A stretch of DNA of 14,554 nt. Source: an uncultured Gemmatimonadota bacterium (lineage in GTDB: Bacteria > SM23-81). Position 1 is the stretch's first letter; every line of letters starts with the position of its first letter. A program made the position numbers and the translations under genes. This document shows positions 1 to 7,400 of this stretch, piece after piece. The notes under the pieces were generated by a model, which worked only from the letters and a program-made list of their open reading frames with translations, had not been told where the DNA came from and searched no databases. Location of the stretch: positions 1-14,554 of the forward strand of contig CAZOYL010000060.1 in assembly GCA_964584035.1 (NCBI GenBank), read 5' to 3'.

Positions 1-3000
1 CCGGCCCTGGATGTCCCCTTCGCCCTCACGCAGCCGGACGGGACAACCCTGACCGCGCGCCAGGGGGGCGATGAGTGGCGCAACTGGGTCAGCCACGAGG
101 GCTGTCTCATCGTCCGGGATGACGGCGGTTGGTGGCGGTACGGCCGGATTGTCGATGGGATCCTGGAGACTACCGCGGCCCGGGCGGCCATCGAGCGCCC
201 GCCGGCCGGGACGGCCGCCACCGGGGATGCCGGCCGGCTGTCCAGAACCTTGCCCGGCATGCCCAAGGAGTCTCTGTGGGCCCCGGCCGCGGCCCATAAG
301 GCCCCGGAGTATGCCATCATCATTCTGGTGCAGTTCGCTGACCGGACCCTGACCTACACCTCTGAGATCGATTGGGGCAACTGGTATTTCAGCAGCGCAG
401 GGAAGACGGCCCGGACCTTTTTCGACGAGGCATCGCATACGGTCTTCAAACCCATTCAGGCGGCCGAGACGTGGAACTATACCAACGATGGCGTCATCAA
501 GGTGACCCTGGGCTATAACCATCCCGATCCGGGCGGGACCATTGGCGATGCCAACCGCCAGATCGTCTACGATGCCCTGACGGCCGCCAACGCCTATATC
601 AATTACGCCAGCTTCGACACCAATCCGGCCGACGGCGTCATCTCGGCCGGCGAGCTGCATATCCTGACCATCGTGGCCGGCTACGAGCGGGGCTACTCGG
701 CGGCCTATTCGCCCTCGGTGTGGGGCCACCGCTGGGCGCTGGGCTTCGGCACCGTCGGGGCGCCCAATTTGGACGGGGTGACCCTGTGCCACTATTCCTG
801 GGGCGGCGGCTACATGCAGGACGGCGAGATTCACGGCGACCACATGGCCACCGTCGGGGTGTCCTGCCACGAGATGGGCCACGACATCGGGATGATCGAC
901 CTGTACGACAGCGACGCCACCTCATCCGGCATCGGCGGCCACGGCCTGATGGGCTACGGCGGCTGGGGACGGGCCTCGGGGGACAGCCATGTCGGCCAGA
1001 CCCCCACGCACCCCTGCGCCTGGTCCAAGATCCAGGCCGGCCTGATCTCGCCGGATACCGTCACCGGCAATGGTTTCCAGACCCTCTATGCCTCCGATTC
1101 CCTGGACTACAACGTCCTCAAGCTGCTGACCGCGGACGCCAATCAGTATTTCCTTGTGGAGAACCGCCAGCTGTCCGGCTTCGACGCCGGGTTATGGGCC
1201 TGGTTCGACACCACCTCCGGCGGAACGGAGGCCGGCGGGCTGGCTGTCTGGCACATCGACGAGTCGATCGCCAACAACGATACCGAGACGCATAAGAAGG
1301 TCGATCTGGAAGAGGCCAACGACACCGGCTACAGCGAGCTGGACAACCTGGTCAACCTGGGCAACCGCCGGCATTATTTCTACGATGGATATGTGCAGCA
1401 CTTCGGCGACGGCACCTTGCCGAACTCGCGGCTGTACAACAACAGCTCCACCGGTCTGGATGTCTGCGCCGTCTCCTCGGCCGGGGAGACGATGAGCGCC
1501 TACGTCACGGTCCAGCCGGTGGGTCTGCTGGACTGGAGCACCTATCTGGGTGATCTGGAGGAGGACCGGGCCATGGATATCGCCCTGGACAATGCCGGAT
1601 ACGTCTACGTTACCGGCTACACCTCCTCGGACTATTTTCCAACCACGACGGGGGCCTACCAGTGGGGGTACAATAACGGCACCAGCGTGTTCGTCACCAA
1701 GCTGGCCCCGAATGGAAGCAGCCTGGTCTATTCCACCTATCTCAACGGGGGAGGCGCCGATAAGGCATACAGCATCGCCGTGGATGACTCCGGGTATGCC
1801 TATGTCACCGGCTTCACCGGCTCGACCTACTTTCCCACCACCACCGGGGCATACGATGTGAGCTTCAACGGCGGCACCAGCGATGTGTTCGTCACCAAGC
1901 TGAACAAGGCCGGCAGCGGACTGGTCTACTCGACCTTCCTGGGCGGCGGGGCCACCGGTCCGGACGAGGGCTACGGCATCGCCATCGACGGCTCAGGCAA
2001 CGCCTATGTCACCGGCTATACCTACAACAGCGACTTCCCGCACACCGCCGGGGCTTTCGATATGACCTACAACACTGGCTGGGACGCCTTCTGCACCAAG
2101 CTCAACAGCGCCGGCAGCGGCCTGTTGTATTCCACTTTTTTAGGGGGAACCAGCCACGAGGTCGGCCGCGCCATCGCCGTGGACGGCTCCGGCTATGCCT
2201 ACGTCACCGGCTGGACGCAGTCGAGCAACTATCCCACCACGACCGGCGCCTACGACCAGATCTTCACCGGATTGGAGGATGCTTTCGTCACCAAGGTGGG
2301 CGCCACCGGCACCTCGTTGTCCTACTCCACTTTTCTGGGCGCCAGTGGAATGGAACGGGGTCTGGGAATTGACGTGGATGGATCGAACAAGGCCTATGTG
2401 ACCGGATACACTTCGTCCTGGGACTTCCCTACCACGACCGGGGCGCACGATCGGGTCATGAACGGCACTCAGGATGCCTTCGTCACCAAGTTCAATAGCG
2501 CCGGAAACGGCCTGGATTACTCCACCTACCTGGGCGGCGGCGTCAAGGAATATGGCCGCGGCATCGCCGTGGATGGCAGCGGCTGCGCCCATGTGGCCGG
2601 ATCGACCGAATCGAGCGACTTCCCGGCTACCGGCAACGCCTTCGATGACAGCTTCAACGGGATCCTGGACATCTTCCAGACCACGCTCAATGCCGGCGGC
2701 ACCGACCTGGATTTCTCCACCTACCTGGGCGGCAGCGGCACCGACGGCAACCTGGACTGGCCTCCTGAGCTGGCCCTCGACGGCGAGGGCAACGCCTATA
2801 TCGCCGCCTGCACCGACTCGGCCGATTTTCCGGTCACCTCCGGGGCCTATGACCTCAGCTTCAACGGCGGATATCGCGACGCCGTGGTCTGCAAGATCGC
2901 CATGGGCATGGTGGACGAGGTGCCCCCATTCGCCGTGGACGACCTGACGGCCGCCCTGACGACCGGATCAAAGACGGCCGGACATATCTTTCTGGAGTGG

Positions 3001-3258
3001 TCCCTGCCCTATGATAACGTGGGTGTGGCGGGCTACATCATCTACCGGGACACGACGGCGGGAACCTCGGGCGACTCCCTCGCCGCCACCACGGGCACGA
3101 ACTACCTGGACAGCGGCGCGGCGGGCGACACTCTGGCCCACTATTTCTATGGCGTAAAAGCTTACGATGCCGCCGGTCACCGGTCGGAGCCGTCCAATCA
3201 GGCCGGGGAGTTCGACCGGCTGATATCGAACGGGATGAAGAAGGGGAAAATGCAGTAG
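1..3258 (+). CDS. Secreted M6-family (immune inhibitor A-like) zinc metalloprotease with seven SBBP beta-propeller repeats and a C-terminal FN3-like domain; 5' end lies outside the window
   Basis: Frame 1 is open from base 1 (PALDVPFALTQPDGTTLTARQGGDEWRNW...), which resembles the QPDG...GDE N-terminal segment of M6-domain proteins, so the TTG at 250 is probably not the start. The catalytic region has IIILVQFAD, W-G-H-R-W, the zinc motif HEMGHDIGMIDLYD (868-909), a Met-turn LMGYGGW (ATG 949), HPCAWSK, YFLVENRQ..GFD and GLAVWHIDE. Stop TAG at 3256-3258. Confidence 0.92.
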   Translation, partial: PALDVPFALTQPDGTTLTARQGGDEWRNWVSHEGCLIVRDDGGWWRYGRIVDGILETTAARAAIERPPAGTAATGDAGRLSRTLPGMPKESLWAPAAAHKAPEYAIIILVQFADRTLTYTSEIDWGNWYFSSAGKTARTFFDEASHTVFKPIQAAETWNYTNDGVIKVTLGYNHPDPGGTIGDANRQIVYDALTAANAYINYASFDTNPADGVISAGELHILTIVAGYERGYSAAYSPSVWGHRWALGFGTVGAPNLDGVTLCHYSWGGGYMQDGEIHGDHMATVGVSCHEMGHDIGMIDLYDSDATSSGIGGHGLMGYGGWGRASGDSHVGQTPTHPCAWSKIQAGLISPDTVTGNGFQTLYASDSLDYNVLKLLTADANQYFLVENRQLSGFDAGLWAWFDTTSGGTEAGGLAVWHIDESIANNDTETHKKVDLEEANDTGYSELDNLVNLGNRRHYFYDGYVQHFGDGTLPNSRLYNNSSTGLDVCAVSSAGETMSAYVTVQPVGLLDWSTYLGDLEEDRAMDIALDNAGYVYVTGYTSSDYFPTTTGAYQWGYNNGTSVFVTKLAPNGSSLVYSTYLNGGGADKAYSIAVDDSGYAYVTGFTGSTYFPTTTGAYDVSFNGGTSDVFVTKLNKAGSGLVYSTFLGGGATGPDEGYGIAIDGSGNAYVTGYTYNSDFPHTAGAFDMTYNTGWDAFCTKLNSAGSGLLYSTFLGGTSHEVGRAIAVDGSGYAYVTGWTQSSNYPTTTGAYDQIFTGLEDAFVTKVGATGTSLSYSTFLGASGMERGLGIDVDGSNKAYVTGYTSSWDFPTTTGAHDRVMNGTQDAFVTKFNSAGNGLDYSTYLGGGVKEYGRGIAVDGSGCAHVAGSTESSDFPATGNAFDDSFNGILDIFQTTLNAGGTDLDFSTYLGGSGTDGNLDWPPELALDGEGNAYIAACTDSADFPVTSGAYDLSFNGGYRDAVVCKIAMGMVDEVPPFAVDDLTAALTTGSKTAGHIFLEWSLPYDNVGVAGYIIYRDTTAGTSGDSLAATTGTNYLDSGAAGDTLAHYFYGVKAYDAAGHRSEPSNQAGEFDRLISNGMKKGKMQ
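1531..2900 (+). repeat. Seven in-frame SBBP-type beta-propeller repeats (about 65 aa each)
   Basis: Seven copies of (Y/W/F)ST(Y/F)LGG...IAVDGSG.AYVTG.T.S..FPTT.GA(Y/F)D......D.FVTK are readable in the translation. Copy 7 has a variant segment (GNLDWPPELALD). Confidence 0.9.
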
Positions 3259-3321
3259 GCAGCAAGCAGCAGGCCGCGGGCGCTCAACAGTCAGCGGTCG
3301 GCAGGAAGCCGTCAGCAGGAC
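3252..3321 (+). repeat. Degenerate heptamer tandem array, 10 in-phase units, consensus about GCnGnnR
   Basis: gcagtag gcagcaa gcagcag gccgcgg gcgctca acagtca gcggtcg gcaggaa gccgtca gcaggac. Nine of 10 units begin GC and 9 of 10 have G at position 4. Unit 1 contains the TAG stop of the protease gene. Confidence 0.6.
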
Positions 3322-3339
3322 CCGGCCGGCCCCGGGTTT

Positions 3340-3380
3340 AAAAAAAGGGCTCAACCAACAGTGGTTGAGCCCTCACTTTT
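3340..3380 (-). terminator. Intrinsic terminator of the minus-strand operon, possibly bidirectional
   Basis: Perfect 12-bp inverted repeat AGGGCTCAACCA (3346-3357) / TGGTTGAGCCCT (3362-3373) with a 4-nt loop. A7 at 3340-3346 gives a U-tract on the minus transcript, and CACTTTT follows on the plus side. It lies between two convergent genes. Confidence 0.85.
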
Positions 3381-3396
3381 GCTATCTTCCACCCCG

Positions 3397-4452
3397 CTAA
3401 AACTCCAGCGTCAGCGACACCCGGGGCGTGTCGGCCAGGTCGTGGAACAGGTAGGCGAAATCGAAGGCCAGGTTCCAGGACGCGCCCAGGTCATGCTCCA
3501 GCCCCAGGCCCAGGGTATACAGCCGGTCGGGATCGGCGGTGATCTCCTGGCCGTACCCGGCCCGGAGGAACAACAGGTTCCACAGGCGGTTCTCGTATCC
3601 CGCGGCCAGCCGGTCGGAGCCGTCTTGATGCAGGGAGCGGTCTAAACTCAGCGACATGGTGACATCCTCGCTCCACCGGTGGGTCGTGCCCATCACCAGG
3701 GCCATGGGCACGCCCTCCCCGCCGCCGCGGGCGGTGCCGGCCTCGTTGCCGGCATCCCAGTTCACCGGGGCCAGGATGTCGCGCCACATCACGCCCAGGC
3801 TGGTCCGGTCGGTGAGATCGTAGAGCAGCCCCAGGTCGAACCCGAAGCCCAGGGCCCGGCCGGTCACCTGCCGGCTGCCGGCCCCATCGGGATCCCAGTC
3901 TCCGTCGGGGTTGTTTCCGTAGGTGGCCATCCGCGCCTTGGCCGACAGGCCCAGACTCAGCTCCGGCCTCAGCCGGTGGGCCGCCGAGAGCAGGACCGTC
4001 ATCTCGTGCAGAGCGTCGTCACCGGACGAGATGACTCCGGCGCCGAAGCTGCTGCGGGGAGACACCGGCTGAGCGAAGCCCACGAAGCCGTAAGGGACCA
4101 GCCCCATCTGCCGGGCGTACATGCCGGTCAGCTGCGATTCGGACAGGCGGACCAGCCCGGCCGGGTTCCACAGCACCGCATTGGCGTCGTCGGCCAGAGC
4201 CACGAAGGCCCCTCCCATGCCCATGGGCCGGGCGCCATAGCCGATATCCAGGAAGGCGGCCGGGATGTCGCTGATCGATTCGGCCCGCAGGTCCGCAGGG
4301 AAGAGCGACAGCAGAACACAGATGATGACCACAGCGGCGGGCAGAGATCTCCCTGTGCGTTCGTCGACGGCCCGTAAGGCCGCCCGGGCGAACCGCAGCG
4401 GGGTGCCGATGGCGGCGGTCAGGAGCCGTGCTTTGTCTTTCCGGAAGTTCAT
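3397..4452 (-). CDS. PorV/UPF0164-like (FadL superfamily) outer-membrane beta-barrel, putative T9SS cargo shuttle
   Basis: Signature AAFLDIGYGARPMGMGGAFVALADDANAVLWNPAGL; alternating beta-strand segments (GFGFDLGLLY, LFLRAGY, FDFAYL); C-terminal RVSLTLEF ending in Phe; hydrophobic signal segment ending DLRA-E; AGGAG 5 nt upstream of the ATG. Confidence 0.85.
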   Translation of the reverse strand: MNFRKDKARLLTAAIGTPLRFARAALRAVDERTGRSLPAAVVIICVLLSLFPADLRAESISDIPAAFLDIGYGARPMGMGGAFVALADDANAVLWNPAGLVRLSESQLTGMYARQMGLVPYGFVGFAQPVSPRSSFGAGVISSGDDALHEMTVLLSAAHRLRPELSLGLSAKARMATYGNNPDGDWDPDGAGSRQVTGRALGFGFDLGLLYDLTDRTSLGVMWRDILAPVNWDAGNEAGTARGGGEGVPMALVMGTTHRWSEDVTMSLSLDRSLHQDGSDRLAAGYENRLWNLLFLRAGYGQEITADPDRLYTLGLGLEHDLGASWNLAFDFAYLFHDLADTPRVSLTLEF

Positions 4453-4457
4453 CGACG

Positions 4458-4462
4458 CTCCT
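4458..4462 (-). promoter_or_regulatory. Shine-Dalgarno sequence overlapping the stop codon of the giant gene
   Basis: The minus strand reads AAA TAG GAG CGTCG ATG. AGGAG overlaps the TAG, and the intergenic gap is 8 nt. Confidence 0.7.
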
Positions 4463-7400
4463 ATTTGATCAGGACCGCGGTGGCCAGCTTGTCCACCGTT
4501 CCGGCCGAGTCGTCGGCCCGGAAGTGGATCAGGTAGCGGCCGTTGCGGGCCAGCTCGCCGGACTCGGTACGGCCGTCCCAGAGGGTGATGTCCCGCCCGC
4601 GGCTGTCCGGGAAGCTCTCTCCGGGCAGGTAGCTGCCCTTGGGCAGGGGTTCGTTCTCACAGATGGTGCGCACCAGCTGGCCGGCCATGTTGTACACCCG
4701 GATGGTCACGAAGGGTTTGCGGGCCCGGTCGGACGAAAGGGTGAAGGCCAGCTGCAGGCCGTAGGGATCGTGCGGCGTGAAGGGATTGGGCACCAGCCGA
4801 ATATCGCTCCAGCCCAGCGGCTGAGAGACGCTCAGGACGGCGAACTGGGAAAAGTGATCGACCGGCGCACAGATCTCACCGGACCGGCAGACGCCTTCGA
4901 TCTCGACCCATTTCAAAGCCTGGCCGTCCCACCGCCCGGCCACTGATTTCAGGCCGCGGGCCTGTTCACAGACCGGCAGGATCAGATCGACCGGCCGCTC
5001 GAAGCCCAGCGGGCTGCTGGAGCCGACCTCATAGATATGTCCGTGGATCTGGTGCCGGGGGGTGTAGCGTTTCACGTCCGGAACGGCCGGCGTGCGCAGG
5101 GAGATCTGCGTGGCGGTGCCGGGAGTCAGGGCCGAGTCCGGGATGATCAGGCGAAACCCCCGGTGGTCTCCGATGGCCGTCCCCGGGGCGCCTCCGGCAA
5201 GGGGGTAATAGACGCTGGCCCCGCGGTCGGATTCGGCCGCGCCGTCATCGGCATTGAACTCGACCATCTCTCCGGTGACGCTGTCGGTTAGAAAGACGCG
5301 CACCTGGCCGATGAAATCGGCATGAGGCGTGAAGGTCAATCGATCGCCGTTGAGGGAGCGGGCGGTTAATCCCGCTCCCTCCGGCTGTATATCCCACCGG
5401 GGCCAGATGGACATCGTCCGCCCGGATGTATCCTGGGCGACAGAGCGGAACGTGACCTGGTTTCCGCTGGCGATCTCAGGCAGGGCAGGCCCGGCGATCT
5501 CCAGCTGTCCGAGCGCCGAACTCTGGCAGGTCACCTGAGCCTGGGTCCTCATGGTGACTCCGTCCAGCGTCACCGTCGCCTCGAGTGTGGTCACGCCCTC
5601 GGTGCGGCTGACATAGGTGGCCAGGGTGGGATCTTGGCCGTCGATGCAGATGTCTCCGGGGCCCTTGATCAGCGTCCAGGAGACCGTCTCAGCGGTGAGC
5701 AGGTGATTCAGGTTTTGTTCCTGGACGTCATAGGTCTGCAGCTGAAACACGTAGGGCAGGTCCGGGGGCAGCCGCTTCTCCGCTGGGGAGAGGCAGGTCT
5801 TGTGAAGCGTTCCCTTGGCCGCCACATCCAGCTCCCAGGGAGATGACCGCCGGGAATAGGTCCGGCCGAGATGACGGACCTCGATGAAGTACTTCAGCCG
5901 GCCGCTGGCCTCTCCGCCCGGTATGGCGGCCCGATAGCACAGGGCGGCCGATCCGGTCCGGCCCGAGATGCTCTCGGCTGCCGGCCGGCCCCTTCGGGTC
6001 AGGGATTTTTCACCGCCCGGCATCATCGGCTGGGACGAATAGTCGGCCTGGTCGGGATGGCGGTAGAACAGAAACACCCGGGTCGATTCCTCCGGGTCGT
6101 CCACCCAGGCGCACAGGGGGATCTCCTCATTCACCGAGAAAGCACTGTCCTCCGGAAAGGGGACATGCCGCACGGCCAGGGGGACGGTTTCGGTTCTGAT
6201 CTCGTCCATGTCCAGAAGGATCTCGTAGGGTGACACCGGAAGATACTCTTCGCCGCCGGTCAGTCCGGCCTGATACCATCCCGGTGACAGATGTTCATCG
6301 CTCCGGCAGGTGCCTCCGGCGTCGGTGATCATGACCGTGTCCACTGCGGCGGAGGATAGGTGTATGGCCGCGCCGGCCAGCGGCGCTCCCCCCTGCCCGA
6401 GGACCGTCCAGGCGATCCGGCCCCGGGGAAAGTTCAGGTTATGCACCTGGCCCCCGGGCAGCAGCGGGACGGGCCCCGAACACAAGAGATCGAATCCCGT
6501 TCGCCCGGCCTCCAAGAGGTAATCATGGCCGGCCGGAAGGGCGGCGAAGAGATACCGGCCATCGGTCTGGGACCAGACCGTGTCGCGGATCTCGCCGCTC
6601 AGCGAGCGGGCCGCCACCCGGACGCCGGAGAGGGGTTGATCGCCCCAGGTGACCGTGCCGCCCAGGTCGGCGGTAGTTACCACGGGGATAAGAACCACAT
6701 CCTGGGGCGAGAAGCCGCCGGCCGCCAGAACGATCTCCCGGGGACCCCAGGTCTGGTAGCCGGGCTTCTCCACTCGGAGCATGTGCCGGCCCGGCTGGGC
6801 CGAAAAGAGGTATTCTCCGGCGACGGTGGTGGTGTCGCGAAGCTGTCCTCCGGCCGAGTCGGTCAGGACGGCCTCGGCTCCGCCGACGGCCGCTCCGCTC
6901 TGTCCGTCGGCCACCGTTCCGAAAACCGAGTTGGTCCGGGGGATGAGCTCGAAATCGACCACGACGGTCTGTCCCCTGACCACCGAGACGGTCTCGGCCG
7001 GGGCCTGATGGTGGCTGCCGGCCCGGGTCTGGACGATGCAGCGAGACGATGGCGCCAGATCCAGGACGAAATTTCCGCACGGGCCGGCCGTGGTGCTGTC
7101 GGTCCGGCCATCAGCCGAGGCGATCACCACGGCGCCGGCCACCGGCCGGTCGCGGGTGTCACGGACCGAGCCCAGCAGGGCGGCCGGGCCCTCCTGCAGA
7201 GCTATGTTCAGGCTGTGTTCCGTTCCCGGCAGGATGGTCAGGCATCCGGGGCTCTCGGCCGTCTCAAACCCGCGAATGGAGACCGAGATGTCGTAATCTC
7301 CCGACAGCAGCCCGGGGATGCCGAAAGATCCTCCGGACCGGCTGGTGGCCAGGAACGGTTCCCCGGTCTGGCGCTCGACGGCGGCCACCAGAGCGCCGGG

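Noticed and set aside
250..252. ORF-track start of the protease (TTG at 250)
   Set aside because: The frame is open from base 1 and encodes the M6-type QPDG...GDE segment, so the real start is probably upstream of the window.
1531..2900. Similar DNA segments (e.g. GTCACCGG, TTCGTCACCAAG) as template/variable repeats of a diversity-generating retroelement
   Set aside because: They are explained by the SBBP protein repeats. There is no long near-identical pair with adenine-specific differences and no reverse transcriptase in the window.
3320..3339. Small hairpin ACCCGG/CCGGGT followed by TT as a plus-strand terminator
   Set aside because: The 6-bp GC stem is easily explained by chance and the U-tract is very short. 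The adjacent 12-bp hairpin is the better candidate.
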